Notes: generated by a model from the sequence alone, not told the origin. A stretch of DNA of 64,000 bases from Elusimicrobiota bacterium (GCA_019135865.1 JAGVVD010000052.1:13011-77010), one strand, 5' to 3'; counted from the first letter of the stretch, positions 17,146 through 27,379 are shown. Numbers and translations: made by a program.

Positions 17146-19112
17146 AAAAACGATCGCTTTCACTTCTGCTGATACCTGCTTTCCTCGCGGCCCTCTTCCC
17201 CGCGGCGCTCACGGCGGAACAGCCGGAGGCGCTGCGGGCGCGGGCGGCGGCGCTCTTCGACGGCAACGGCGCGGCGCCGGCGGTGGAGATACCGCGCCCC
17301 CCGGAAAAAGCCTCCGCCGCGGCGGAATTCCTGCTGGAGACGAAGCAGGTGCTCTCGGCAGGGGCCTGGGACGGCTCGACCCCGGAAATGAGGCATTTCC
17401 TCTTCCGCCACCCCGCCGGCTGGACGGCGCAGGCGCAGAGCGTGGGACTCGAGGGCTTCCTCTGGACCAAGAAGGAGCTCGAAGGCCGCTTCGGCGCGGA
17501 CACTTTCCTGCATCATGTCCCCGACTATTTCAGTTACCTCGACGCCCTGCTGGCTCCGGTCGCCTGGACCGGGGAACTGCGCTCGGCGCTGACGGAACTC
17601 CGGGACTCGACGCTGACCGCCGCGGAGAAGAACGCCCGGCTCGACGAAATGCTCGACCATTATGTGGCCGGGCTGCAGGACAATGTGCGCCGCTACGACG
17701 CCGCCCTCTGGGCGAAGAAGGCCCGCGTCTACCAGATGTTCCCCCGCGCCTATAACCTGGCCGGCCGCCGCGAAGCCGGGCTCAAGGACCGGGCGGGCGC
17801 CGGCGGCGGCAGGTTCTTCGGGGACTTCGGGCCCTCCGACTTCGAAGCCATAAAGAAAATGGGCTTCGACGCGGTCTGGCCCATGGGCATACTCCCCATA
17901 GGCGTGCGCGGACAGACCGGCACCGGCGGCGGCTCGCCTTATTCCATCAGCGACCATTCCACCGTCAACCCGGACCTCGGCACCGAGGAGGAGTTCCGCC
18001 GCTTCGTGCGGGACGCCCACGCCGCGGGGCTCAGGGTCATAGTGGACTTCGTGGTCAACCACACCTCGCTGGACTCGAAACTGCTCCTGGAGGACCCGGC
18101 CTACTTCGTCGGCCACCGCCGGCCGTCGGGCCCCTGCCCCAACCAGCATTTCGAGCAGCTCCACGGCGGCGAGCGCTGGTGCGTGCATCACGGCGGCTTC
18201 GAGTACGGCGGCGGCGTCTCCGACTGGATAGACACGGCGCAGATAGATTATTCCAGCGTCCGCCTGCGCGCCAGGATGACCGGGATCGTGAAGGGCTGGG
18301 TGACGAAGTTCGACGTCGACGGCTTCCGCGTGGACATGGCGCACCTGGACCTCAACAATGTCTTCGGCCGCACCTGGGGCCGGACCATGCCGCGCGACGA
18401 GTTCTACCGCGGCCTGATAGCGGCGGTCAAGGAGGCCAAGCCCTCCGCGGCCTTCATGGCCGAGGCCTATTCCTTCCAGGAGGACCTCTCGGCCTGCGGC
18501 TTCGACGCCATCTACAGCAAGTTCGAGACCGGCCGCGAGGAGGGCCAGACCGGCTGGTACCAGGCGATGGAGCACGGCAGCCCGCAGGAGCTGGCCAGCT
18601 CGATGAACCGCCTCGCCTTCCTGGCCTGGCAGTCCGGCGGCGCCGGCGCCGTGGCCTTCACCGGCAACCACGACGAACCCGCCCCCGAGCGCGTTTACGG
18701 CGAGCGCCTGCCCGCCGCGCTGGCGCTGACCTTCCTCTACCCCGGTTCCATGCTGATGTACAACGGCGCCGAGATAGGCTACGACGCTTCCGTACCGACG
18801 GAACACAAGCCGCTGCCTTTCAGCGTGCCGTGTGAGATAGACTGGCAGGGCGGCAACCCCGAAGTACGGCGGATATACTCGGAGGTGCTGGCGCTGGCCT
18901 CTTCCGTGCGGGCGGAACTGGGCGATTACGGGATAGAGCCGCTCTGGGCCCCGGCCGGCCAGAACTGGACGGGTTACGCCATGAAGTCCGCGTCGGGCAC
19001 CCGCCGCAAGGCCGTGATCGGCAATATCACGCGCGGCGACACCTGGTTCTCCTTCTCCGGGCTGAGCGGGACGCTGCGTCCCGGCGAATACAGGGTCTTC
19101 GACCTGCCCTGA
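17142..19112 (+). CDS. Secreted GH13 alpha-amylase family glycosidase
   Basis: Signal peptide, YQMFPR, GSPYSI and IVDFVVNHT, plus catalytic DGFRVDMAH, AEAY and GNHDE. Confidence 0.9.
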   Translation: MKKRSLSLLLIPAFLAALFPAALTAEQPEALRARAAALFDGNGAAPAVEIPRPPEKASAAAEFLLETKQVLSAGAWDGSTPEMRHFLFRHPAGWTAQAQSVGLEGFLWTKKELEGRFGADTFLHHVPDYFSYLDALLAPVAWTGELRSALTELRDSTLTAAEKNARLDEMLDHYVAGLQDNVRRYDAALWAKKARVYQMFPRAYNLAGRREAGLKDRAGAGGGRFFGDFGPSDFEAIKKMGFDAVWPMGILPIGVRGQTGTGGGSPYSISDHSTVNPDLGTEEEFRRFVRDAHAAGLRVIVDFVVNHTSLDSKLLLEDPAYFVGHRRPSGPCPNQHFEQLHGGERWCVHHGGFEYGGGVSDWIDTAQIDYSSVRLRARMTGIVKGWVTKFDVDGFRVDMAHLDLNNVFGRTWGRTMPRDEFYRGLIAAVKEAKPSAAFMAEAYSFQEDLSACGFDAIYSKFETGREEGQTGWYQAMEHGSPQELASSMNRLAFLAWQSGGAGAVAFTGNHDEPAPERVYGERLPAALALTFLYPGSMLMYNGAEIGYDASVPTEHKPLPFSVPCEIDWQGGNPEVRRIYSEVLALASSVRAELGDYGIEPLWAPAGQNWTGYAMKSASGTRRKAVIGNITRGDTWFSFSGLSGTLRPGEYRVFDLP

Positions 19113-19118
19113 GCCCCC

Positions 19119-19163
19119 GCCCCGATAAAAAAGAGAAGCCGCCCCTCCGGGCGGCTTCTTTTT
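19119..19163. terminator. Bidirectional terminator between the amylase gene and argS
   Basis: AGAAGCCGCCC-ctcc-GGGCGGCTTCT stem with an A-tract before and a T-tract after. Confidence 0.85.
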
Positions 19164-19182
19164 CGGCCGGCTTTCCGCCGGG

Positions 19183-20793
19183 CTACATGCGTTCTGGCGC
19201 CGAGACGCCCAGCAGACCCAGCGTGTCGGCTATGACCTTGCGCACGGCCCTGAGCAGGAAAAGGCGGAAAGCCGTGACCTGCGGGGCGGCGGGGTCGAGC
19301 ACCTTGTGCCTGTCGTAGAAGGAATGGAACAGCGCGGCCAGTTCGACCAGGTAGGTCGTAAGGTGATGCGGCGAGTAGTCGCGCGCGCAGTCCGAGAGCG
19401 CCCTGTCCAGCCAGAGCAGCTTCATCGCCAGGGCCCGCTCCTCCGGGTTGAACTTCGCGGAGGCCGGGTCGAAAGCGGCGGCGGGGTCCACTCCCTTCTC
19501 CGCCGCGTTGGCGAAGATGGAGCTGATGCGCGCGTGCACGTACTGCACGTAGTAGACCGGGTTCTCGTTTGACTGCTTCTTGGCCAGGTCCACGTCGAAA
19601 GTGAGGTGCGTATTGGGGCCGCGGGAGGCGAAGAAGAAGCGGCAGGCGTCGGCCCCCACCTCGTCGACCAGCTCCTTGAGCGAGATGAACTCGCCGGCGC
19701 GCTTGGACATCTTGACCAGCGCCTCGCCGCGCTTGAGCGCGACCTGCTGGTGTATGACCACCTTGAACTTCTCTTTCGCGCCGGCCAGCGCTCCGACGGC
19801 GGCCTCCATGCGCGGCACGTAGCCGTGATGGTCGGCGCCCCAGACGTCGATCAGGCGCGTGAAGCCGCGCGAGAGCTTGTCGAGGTGGTAGGCGATGTCG
19901 TTGAGGAAATAGGTGTTGCGGCCGTCGGACTTGACCAGCACGCGGTCCTTGTCGTCGGAGTCCAGCTCCGAGGCGGCCCCGAACCAGACGGCGTTCTCCC
20001 TGTCGTAGGCCATGCCCCGCGCGCGCAGCTCGGCCAGCGCCTTCGCCGGGGCGCCGGCCGCGTGCAGCTCGGACTCCAGGAACCAGCGGTCGAACTCCAC
20101 GCGGAAGGCGGCCATGTCGGCCCTGTGGAGCTTGAGCATCTCCGTTATGGCGTACTCCGAGAACCGGGCGGCGTCCCACGACGCTGCCTCGGCCGGCGCG
20201 CCGGCGGCCAGGGCCTTGAGATAATCGCCGTGATAGCCGTCCTCCGGAGGCTCCTTGCCCTCGAAGCGGGCCTTGAGCGAAAGGCCCAGCATCTCCACCT
20301 GGCAGCCCTTGTCGTTGACGTAGAACTCCTCCGAAACTTCCGCGCCGAGCGCGCGGAAGACCCGGGCCAGGCTGTCGCCCAGCGTGGCGCCGCGGCCCGA
20401 GGCCAGGTGCAGCGGGCCCGTCGGGTTGGCCGAAACGAATTCCAGGTTTATACGCTCGGCGGCGTACTCGGGCCGGTGGAAATAAGCCGGGTCCTCCAGT
20501 ATGGCTTTCAGCTCGCCCAGGAGCCGGGCGTCGGGCAGGCGCAGGTTGACGAAGCCCGGCGGCGCCACCTCCGCCGGGAATTCGGCGGGGACGGCGGCTT
20601 TGAGCTCTTCGGCTATTTTCAGCGGGGCCTTGCGCAGCGTCCTGGCGGCCGAGATGGGCCAGGCCAGGGAGAGATCGGCTTCGACGTGCGCGGGGGGCAC
20701 GGAGGCGGCGAGGGAATCCGTCTGCCCGCGCGGGATATGGAACGCGGCGGCCGCCGCCTCCCGGAGGGAGTTCTCGATGTCCCGGAGACTCAT
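19183..20793 (-). CDS. argS: Arginine--tRNA ligase
   Basis: NLEFVSANPTGPLHL, EFYVNDKG, KSDG, VWGADHHGY, KMSKRAG and NPVYYVQYVHARISSI motifs. Confidence 0.97.
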   Translation of the reverse strand: MSLRDIENSLREAAAAAFHIPRGQTDSLAASVPPAHVEADLSLAWPISAARTLRKAPLKIAEELKAAVPAEFPAEVAPPGFVNLRLPDARLLGELKAILEDPAYFHRPEYAAERINLEFVSANPTGPLHLASGRGATLGDSLARVFRALGAEVSEEFYVNDKGCQVEMLGLSLKARFEGKEPPEDGYHGDYLKALAAGAPAEAASWDAARFSEYAITEMLKLHRADMAAFRVEFDRWFLESELHAAGAPAKALAELRARGMAYDRENAVWFGAASELDSDDKDRVLVKSDGRNTYFLNDIAYHLDKLSRGFTRLIDVWGADHHGYVPRMEAAVGALAGAKEKFKVVIHQQVALKRGEALVKMSKRAGEFISLKELVDEVGADACRFFFASRGPNTHLTFDVDLAKKQSNENPVYYVQYVHARISSIFANAAEKGVDPAAAFDPASAKFNPEERALAMKLLWLDRALSDCARDYSPHHLTTYLVELAALFHSFYDRHKVLDPAAPQVTAFRLFLLRAVRKVIADTLGLLGVSAPERM

Positions 20794-20794
20794 G

Positions 20795-21238
20795 CTACTT
20801 CTTCTTCCGGGGTGCGGCTTTTTTCGCCGGGGCTTTCTTCGCCGGGGACCTTTTCGCCGCGGGTCCGCGGGCGGGCTTCGCCTCCCAGTCCACCCGGGCG
20901 CAGCCGTCGTAGAGCCTGTCCAGCGCGTAGAAAGCGCGGGCCGAGGGCTCGAAGACGTGGACGACCAGGCCGCCGTAGTCCATCACCTTCCAGGTGCGGC
21001 TCAGCAGGCCGTCGCGGTGCAGGGCGTGGACGCCCTCGGCGCGCTTGAGCCCGACCGAGACCTCGTCCTCCACCGCCCTCATCTGCGGCTGCGAGCCCAC
21101 GGTCGCTATCAGCGCGAAATAGGCCGCGTCGGACTTGTCGGCTATGTCGTATATCTTTATGTCGGAGGCCTTCTTGGAGTCGGCCAGCCTGGCGGCGGCC
21201 GCCGCCAGCTTCCGGAATTTGAGCCTGTTGTCGTTCAT
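20795..21238 (-). CDS. rsfS: Ribosome silencing factor RsfS (with a Lys/Ala-rich tail)
   Basis: DSKKASDIKIYD, YFALIAT, WKVMDYGGLVVHVF and RAFYALDRLY. Start ATG 21238. Confidence 0.9.
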   Translation of the reverse strand: MNDNRLKFRKLAAAAARLADSKKASDIKIYDIADKSDAAYFALIATVGSQPQMRAVEDEVSVGLKRAEGVHALHRDGLLSRTWKVMDYGGLVVHVFEPSARAFYALDRLYDGCARVDWEAKPARGPAAKRSPAKKAPAKKAAPRKKK

Positions 21239-22122
21239 ATGGTGTTCTTCTGCTCCTTGAGTTTCCGCAGCAGCGCCTCTTCCGCCCGGTGGTCGATGTT
21301 CTCGACCGCGGAGGACACTATCGACGACAGCGTGCCGAAGATGGTCGAAAGCGAGTTCTTCTCGGTGTCGGTGAAGCCGGCCGACCTGGCGAAACGCATG
21401 TAGCCGAGCGGGCCCTTGGGACCGCGGAAGACCAGGACATAGGCGTTCGGCGCGGTCCAGCCGCTCTCCGCGGGCGGAGGGGCGGCGAGGTCCGCGGCGG
21501 GCTCCTCGAAGGAGGTCCGGTCGCCGGCCGCGTCGAACTCCTCGTTGAACTGGTTGTAGGAGAAGACGCTTATGTTCCAGCTGCCCTCGAAATGGGAATA
21601 GACCTCGTCGAGGGTCTCGGCCAGGAACTCGCGGGAAGAACGGTACTCCCGCAGCACGAGCTTGCTCATGTCGAAGAGCATCGTCAGTTCGCTCGAAGTG
21701 TGCTGGAGACGGCGAAGGACCGCTTTCATGATCTCCGTGAAGATGGAGAGGCCGTTGTCCGGATGCTCCCTGATGAAGCCGAAGAACTCGGACCGGCGCA
21801 CCTCGTAGAGCACGGTCTCCGTTTCCGCGCGGGCCTGCGCGAAACGGGTCTGCCCTTCCAGGACGGCCATCTCGCCGAAGAACTCCCCGGCGCTGAGTAT
21901 GGCCAGTGTCTTGAAGCTCCTGCCCTCCTCGTCGAGCTTCTTCTCGATGGCGACCGAACCGGAGACTATGATGAAAAGAGTGTCGCCCTCGCTGCGTTCC
22001 TTGAAGATGACCTCGTCCTTCCCGTAGAAGGACTGCTTGAAGGCCGAGGAGAACTCCGCGAGCATCTCGTCGGAGAAGTTCCTGAAGATGGGGACGTTCC
22101 TGAGCCCGTCCGCGCCGCTCAC
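21235..22122 (-). CDS. Cyclic-nucleotide-binding domain protein
   Basis: VPIFRNFS, VIFKERSEGDTLFIIVSGSV, GEFFGEMAVLEGQTRFAQARA. No C-terminal HTH is evident. GTG start overlaps the pilT stop. Confidence 0.85.
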   Translation of the reverse strand: MSGADGLRNVPIFRNFSDEMLAEFSSAFKQSFYGKDEVIFKERSEGDTLFIIVSGSVAIEKKLDEEGRSFKTLAILSAGEFFGEMAVLEGQTRFAQARAETETVLYEVRRSEFFGFIREHPDNGLSIFTEIMKAVLRRLQHTSSELTMLFDMSKLVLREYRSSREFLAETLDEVYSHFEGSWNISVFSYNQFNEEFDAAGDRTSFEEPAADLAAPPPAESGWTAPNAYVLVFRGPKGPLGYMRFARSAGFTDTEKNSLSTIFGTLSSIVSSAVENIDHRAEEALLRKLKEQKNTI

Positions 22123-23210
22123 AGGACGCCTCCCGCCGCGGCGCCGCCCTGCGCGCACATCTTCCTGAACATCTCCCGGTCGCGGGCCTTGGCCTCGGCC
22201 ACCTCGTAGGCAACCACGTTCTGCTGCACCAGCATCGACAGCGAGCGGTCCATCGGGATCATGCCGAACTTGGCGCCGGTCTCTATGGCGCTGTAGATCA
22301 TGTGCGTCTTGCCCTCGCGGATGAGGTTGGAGATGGCCGGCGTCATGATCATGACCTCGCGCGCGGCGGCGCGGCCCCGGCCGTCCTTGCGGGGCAGCAG
22401 TATCTGGGCGACGACCCCCTGCAGGCCGGCGGCCAGCTGCACGCGCACCTGCGTCTGCTGGTGCGGGGGGAAGACGTCTATGATGCGGTCGACGGTCGAC
22501 GGCGCGTCCTGGGTGTGCAGCGTGGCGAAGGTCAGGTGGCCGGTCTCGGCCGCCGTGATCGTCAGCTGTATGGTCTCGAGATCGCGCATCTCTCCCACTA
22601 GTATGACGTTCGGGTCCTGGCGCAGCGCGCCGCGCAGCGCGTTGTTGAACGAGCGGGTGTGCTGGCCTATCTCGCGCTGGCGGATGATGCAGCTCTTGGC
22701 CTCGTAGGTGAACTCTATCGGGTCCTCGATGGTCAGCATGTGGCCCTTGCGCTTCTGGTTGACGAGCTCCAGCAGCGCGGCCAGCGTGGTGGACTTGCCC
22801 GAGCCCGTCGGGCCGGTGACGAGGACCAGGCCGCGCGGGAGACCGGCCAGCCCGATTATCGCGGGGCTCAGGGCCAGCTGTTCCGGGGTGGGGATCTTGG
22901 AGGGGATCACGCGCATGACGGCCTCGACGCCGTTGCGGGCCATCAGGACGTTGAGGCGGAAGCGCGAAACGCCGGTGACGGCGAAGGAGCAGTCCAGTTC
23001 CCAGTTCTCCTCGAACTTGCCCCGCTGTTCGTCGTAGAGCGCGGAATAGACCAGCGATTTGGTCTGCTCGGCGCTCAGCGCCGGCAGCGCGTCGGAGACC
23101 GGAACGACCTGGCCGTTGAGGCGCATCATGGGCGGTTTGCCCACGCAGATATGTATGTCGCTCGCGCCGGCCGAGACCGCCGTTTTAAGTATGGTCACCA
23201 TGTCGGACAT
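22119..23210 (-). CDS. pilT: Type IV pilus retraction ATPase
   Basis: ASDIHI, GLVLVTGPTGSGKSTTL, TIEDPIE, LRQDPNVILVGEMRD, AETGHL, TLHT and AISNLIREGK. Confidence 0.93.
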   Translation of the reverse strand: MSDMVTILKTAVSAGASDIHICVGKPPMMRLNGQVVPVSDALPALSAEQTKSLVYSALYDEQRGKFEENWELDCSFAVTGVSRFRLNVLMARNGVEAVMRVIPSKIPTPEQLALSPAIIGLAGLPRGLVLVTGPTGSGKSTTLAALLELVNQKRKGHMLTIEDPIEFTYEAKSCIIRQREIGQHTRSFNNALRGALRQDPNVILVGEMRDLETIQLTITAAETGHLTFATLHTQDAPSTVDRIIDVFPPHQQTQVRVQLAAGLQGVVAQILLPRKDGRGRAAAREVMIMTPAISNLIREGKTHMIYSAIETGAKFGMIPMDRSLSMLVQQNVVAYEVAEAKARDREMFRKMCAQGGAAAGGVL

Positions 23211-23243
23211 GTTCGAACCTCCCGTGTACCGCGGGGCCGGGCG

Positions 23244-24143
23244 TCATTTCAGGGCCGCCGGATCGAGGTCCGGTCCTATTATGACCCTTACGTCCGCTAC
23301 CGGGGCCTTCTCGGGCTTCGAATAGATCTCGAGGTTCCCGAGGCCCAGCAGGTCGCGCACCCGCCTCGCGCCCTCCAAACCGCCCGAACAGTTTACAATT
23401 TTTGTCCGCGGCTGGATAGAAACATAATTGCCGAAATCCACGACGTCCGCGCCCCCGGCCCGCAGGCGCCTGGTGACCGCCTCGGCCGCACCGCGGCGGC
23501 CGGAGGCGTTGAGGACCTGGACGGTGACCGTCCCGCCCGGCTCCCTCCAGACGGGATGCTCGGCGCGGGGGACCCCGCCCTGCGAGATCACCAGGCCGGA
23601 GGGGTCCAGGGCCAGGGCCTCGAAGAGCAGCGCGGCCCGGCAGTAAGGGCCGAAATTGGAGGGGACCGCCTCGCGCAGGACCCGGAACGGCACCGACGGG
23701 GACCGCCGCCAGGTCCCCAGGTCCCTGAGAGTCCCTTCCAGCGCCGAGGGAGAGAGCTCCGCGTAGAAACCGCCGGGCTCCGGGGTACCGCCGGCCTCTG
23801 AAAAGAAAGCGGCCACCGAGGCGGCCGCGCCGGAGGGGCCGGTATTTCTCCTGCCGGCCGCGCGGCGGGGCAGATGGAAGAGTTCCAGCGTGCGGGAAGC
23901 GGGCCTGTATACCGCCACGCCCGGCTCCTCCCGGTCGGCCAGAACGAACGCGAAGGGGCGCCCGGAGGAGACGGCGGAGGCGAAAGGCGAGCGGCTGTGC
24001 AGGACGGCCGTCCAGGCGGCGGCGGCGAGGAATACGGCCAGCGCCAGCCGCGCAGGCCAGGCCCGCCCGGCGCGCGCTGGACCGGCTTCGCGTCTCAGGG
24101 ATCCAGGCGCAGGCATGTCTCGAGTCCCAGAGGATGTATCCAT
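23244..24143 (-). CDS. Membrane protein with a LytR C-terminal domain
   Basis: One TM, then VQVLNASGRRGAA...VVDFGNY...DVRVIIGPD (LytR_C). Start is 24143 or 24116. Confidence 0.75.
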   Translation of the reverse strand: MDTSSGTRDMPAPGSLRREAGPARAGRAWPARLALAVFLAAAAWTAVLHSRSPFASAVSSGRPFAFVLADREEPGVAVYRPASRTLELFHLPRRAAGRRNTGPSGAAASVAAFFSEAGGTPEPGGFYAELSPSALEGTLRDLGTWRRSPSVPFRVLREAVPSNFGPYCRAALLFEALALDPSGLVISQGGVPRAEHPVWREPGGTVTVQVLNASGRRGAAEAVTRRLRAGGADVVDFGNYVSIQPRTKIVNCSGGLEGARRVRDLLGLGNLEIYSKPEKAPVADVRVIIGPDLDPAALK

Positions 24144-25234
24144 TTCCCGGAGCGCCGCAGCCAGTCCACCTTGAGCCGGGCCGCCAGCGCGGCCGCGGCG
24201 TCGAGGTCGCGCAGCGCCAGGCGGCGCAGTCCCGCGACGCCCGGAAAAGACCTGTCGCCGGCGGCCATGTCCGCGACGAAGACCGTTCTGTCTAGTTCGC
24301 CCATCGAGGGATGTCCCAGCGTGTGCCTGGCGGCCGCGCGCAGGACGGCCGGGTCGTCCACTCCCAGCTCCTCGCGCGCGAGGGCGGCCGACACCCAGGA
24401 ATGAAGCAGCTGCGGGGCCCGGCGCGCCGTTTCGCCGAAACAGGGGATCCGCAGACCGCGGCGGCGGCTCTCCCGGACCAGCTCTTCCGGCTTCATCTCC
24501 TTGGCATAGTCGTGTATGAGGGCCGCCGCGGCGGCCGCGCGCGGGTCGGTCCCCCTGGCGGCCGCTATGGCGCAGGCCAGCCTGGCGCAGGCCAGCGTGT
24601 GCCGCGCCCGCGCCGGGCCCAGACGGCGCAGCGCGCCTTCCCTGAGACGGCCCAGATAGAGCCCGCGCCGCCTTATGATCCTCATCGCGGCGGCCGGCAC
24701 GCCCGCGGGCGCGTCGCCGCAATAAAGCGCCGCGCGCAGGGACGTGGAAGACTCCTCGGGGAAGGTCCCGTCGAGAAAGACCGGGGAGAACTCCCGTCCC
24801 GCGCCGCGCGGGAAGCCGGCGCGGCGTCCGACCAGCAGCCTGGCCGAGGCCAGGATCCTGTCGGTGCGGCGCCAGCGGGGGAAGCCGGGCAGGCAGTCCG
24901 AGCCCATCAGGAAGTACAGCTCCGCCCGCGGGTGCAGCGAACGGAAATACTCGATGGCCTGCCAGGTGTAGGTGGTCCGGCCGCGGCGCTTCTCGAAAAG
25001 GCTGACCCCGGCGCGGACCCCCGCCTCCGCGGCCGCCGCGCGCAGCATGGCGGTCCTGTCGTCGAAACTTTCGGCGGGCGCGGACTTGAGGGGTGAACGC
25101 AGCGCCGGCAGCAGCCACACCGCCGCCGGGCGCAGGCGGCGGGCCGCGGCGGAGAGCAGCAGCATGTGCCCCTCGTGCGGAGGGTCGAAGGTCCCGCCGT
25201 AAACCACGACCGTCCTTTTCGCGGCGCGTTTCAC
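24095..25234 (-). CDS. nadD: Nicotinate-nucleotide adenylyltransferase fused to a YqeK-type HD domain
   Basis: YGGTFDPPHEGH, YFLMGSD and SSTSLR, followed by RARHT, LIHDYAK, LLHSW, RHTLG and FVAD. GTG start at 25234. Confidence 0.9.
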   Translation of the reverse strand: MKRAAKRTVVVYGGTFDPPHEGHMLLLSAAARRLRPAAVWLLPALRSPLKSAPAESFDDRTAMLRAAAAEAGVRAGVSLFEKRRGRTTYTWQAIEYFRSLHPRAELYFLMGSDCLPGFPRWRRTDRILASARLLVGRRAGFPRGAGREFSPVFLDGTFPEESSTSLRAALYCGDAPAGVPAAAMRIIRRRGLYLGRLREGALRRLGPARARHTLACARLACAIAAARGTDPRAAAAAALIHDYAKEMKPEELVRESRRRGLRIPCFGETARRAPQLLHSWVSAALAREELGVDDPAVLRAAARHTLGHPSMGELDRTVFVADMAAGDRSFPGVAGLRRLALRDLDAAAALAARLKVDWLRRSGKWIHPLGLETCLRLDP

Positions 25235-25258
25235 AAGTGCTATAATATAAATTAAGAT
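25235..25258. promoter_or_regulatory. Overlapping divergent -10 elements in a 24-bp gap
   Basis: Plus strand TGcTATAAT (25238-25246). Minus strand TATTAT (25242-25247) lies 7 nt before the nadD GTG. Confidence 0.6.
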
Positions 25259-26008
25259 ATGGCCGACAAAAGAGACAAAGCGCTCATCCTGCTCGTGGAC
25301 GCGCCCACCCCTGAAAAAACGGGACAGGACCTGAAGAAGGTTTTCGGACCCGAACGCGCCGTCCACCTGAACCTCGACCTGCTGCACGGCTCCTACCGGG
25401 CGGCCAAGGACTACCGCGAGGCCATACTGATCCTTTCCTACGAAAAGTCCTCCAAGCACCCCGACCTCACCTGGCTGGACCCGGAGGACCCCGGTTTCCT
25501 GGACGCCAAGGGGAAGAGCTGGGAGGAGCGCGTCTCGGCCGCGTTCCAGCTCGCCTTCTTCACCGGCGCCAAAAAAGCGGTCATCCTCAATCACCTCTGC
25601 CCGGCCGTGAAACCGGAGTGGATAAGCCAGGCGCTGTCCGCCATCGACGACAGGACGGTGGCCCTCGGCGCGACCCAGGACGGTTCCTTCCACCTGCTGG
25701 GCCTCACGCAGGACACTCTCCGGGTCCTGGAGGGCGTCTCCTTCTCGTCCGGCCGGACGGCCGACGAACTGACGGAGAAAGCGCGGCGGCTGAAGCTCTC
25801 GGTGCACGCGCTGCCCGACACCTACGCCGTGCGCGACGAGGAGACCCTGCGCAAGTGGATGGACTCCAGGGAGAACGAACCCTCCCTTTTCAGGGAACCG
25901 GCGGCCGCCGCCCAGGAGCCGGCCCCCGCCGGCGACAGGAAGCACGGCCGCGCCAGGCGCCACGCCAACGGCTTCGCGGGCCAGGAACCGCAGGAACCCG
26001 CGGCCTGA
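25259..26008 (+). CDS. DUF2064 / GT-A-like protein
   Basis: Nucleotidyltransferase-like fold pattern with VALGATQDGSFHLLGL and a C-terminal LPDTYAV segment resembling DUF2064. Confidence 0.65.
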   Translation: MADKRDKALILLVDAPTPEKTGQDLKKVFGPERAVHLNLDLLHGSYRAAKDYREAILILSYEKSSKHPDLTWLDPEDPGFLDAKGKSWEERVSAAFQLAFFTGAKKAVILNHLCPAVKPEWISQALSAIDDRTVALGATQDGSFHLLGLTQDTLRVLEGVSFSSGRTADELTEKARRLKLSVHALPDTYAVRDEETLRKWMDSRENEPSLFREPAAAAQEPAPAGDRKHGRARRHANGFAGQEPQEPAA

Positions 26009-26047
26009 ACCTTTCGCCGCATCGCACCTTCCGACCCGGGGGTACAA

Positions 26048-27379
26048 ATGACGGACCAAAAGAAACTCTGCGCGGAGATCTTCCGCCTGGCCGGCCGCGT
26101 CCGCGCGGAGGTCATAATGGAATCGTCCGAGTCGGCGCTGACGCGCTTCGCCGACAATGTCATCTCGCAGAACGTCGCCGAGACCTCCACCCGGGTCTCC
26201 ATCCGGTTCACCGACAAGGGGCGGGTCTTCAGGACCTCCCTCAACCAGACCGGCGGGGCCGCCCTGGCCGACGCCGTACGCAGGGGCCTGGCCGCGCTGA
26301 AGCTGCAGAAGAAGGAAAAAGGCCTCCTCTCCCCGCCGGCGCCCCGGCCGGTCGGGCCCGCCGCGGCCCGGCTCTACGCTCCCGGCACCGCCTCGCTCGA
26401 ACCCTCTTTCCGCGCGGAGAAAGCGGCGGACCTGGCCCGGCTCTGCCGCGCCAGGGGGATGAAATGCTACGGCACCGTCGAGAACGGGGCCAGCCGCCTG
26501 ACCGTGGCCAACAATTCCGGGGTCTTCGCCTCCCACCGGGAGACCTGGGCGCTCTACAGCGTCACCGCGCGCAAAGGGGAGGGCTACGGCTGGGCAGAAC
26601 AGTACTCGCCCGACGCCTCGAAGATAGATTACGCCGGCGTGAACGCCCGCGCCATGGAGAAGGCGGCGGCCTCGGTCCGGCCCGTGCCGGTCCCCCCGGG
26701 CAAATACACCGTGATACTGGAGCCGGCCGCCGTCGGGGACATGCTTTTATTCCTCGGCTACAGCGGCCTGGGCGGCCGGGCCTGGCTCGACGGGCGCAGC
26801 TTCGCCTCCGGAGCCCTGGGAAAGAGGCTCCTGCATCCCTCCATAACCGTGACCGACGACGCGCTGGCCGGACCCGCCGCCGGGGCCCCGTTCGATCTCG
26901 AGGGGATGCCGCGGAAGAGGGTGGTCCTCATAGACAAAGGGGTCGCGCGCGCCGTGGTGCACGACCGCCGCACCGCCGCCGAAGCCGGCGTCCCTTCCAC
27001 GGGCCACTCCCTGCCACAGCCCAACAGCTGCGGCCCCATGCCGCTGAACCTGGAGATGGCGCCGGGGGACTCCTCCCTGGAGGAGATGATACGCTCCACC
27101 AGGAGAGGGATACTCGTCACGACCTTCCACTACACCAACCTGCTCAGGCCCAAGACGGTGGAGATGACGGGCATGACGCGCAACGGGACCTTCCTGGTGG
27201 AGAACGGCCGCGTCACGAAGGCCCTCAGGAACCTGCGCTTCACCCAGAGCGTGGTGGAGGCCTTCGGCAACGTGGAGGCGCTCTCCCGCGAACGCGAGCT
27301 GATGAACGGCTGGGGGCGGATGTGCGTGCCGGCCATGAAGATACGGGACTTCAATTTCTCCTCGGCGACCGGGTTCTGA
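26048..27379 (+). CDS. pmbA: TldE/PmbA family protein
   Basis: TRFADNVISQN, PPGKYTVILEPAAV, PFDLEG, RRGILVT, TGMTRNG, ENG and NLRFTQS motifs. Confidence 0.85.
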   Translation: MTDQKKLCAEIFRLAGRVRAEVIMESSESALTRFADNVISQNVAETSTRVSIRFTDKGRVFRTSLNQTGGAALADAVRRGLAALKLQKKEKGLLSPPAPRPVGPAAARLYAPGTASLEPSFRAEKAADLARLCRARGMKCYGTVENGASRLTVANNSGVFASHRETWALYSVTARKGEGYGWAEQYSPDASKIDYAGVNARAMEKAAASVRPVPVPPGKYTVILEPAAVGDMLLFLGYSGLGGRAWLDGRSFASGALGKRLLHPSITVTDDALAGPAAGAPFDLEGMPRKRVVLIDKGVARAVVHDRRTAAEAGVPSTGHSLPQPNSCGPMPLNLEMAPGDSSLEEMIRSTRRGILVTTFHYTNLLRPKTVEMTGMTRNGTFLVENGRVTKALRNLRFTQSVVEAFGNVEALSRERELMNGWGRMCVPAMKIRDFNFSSATGF

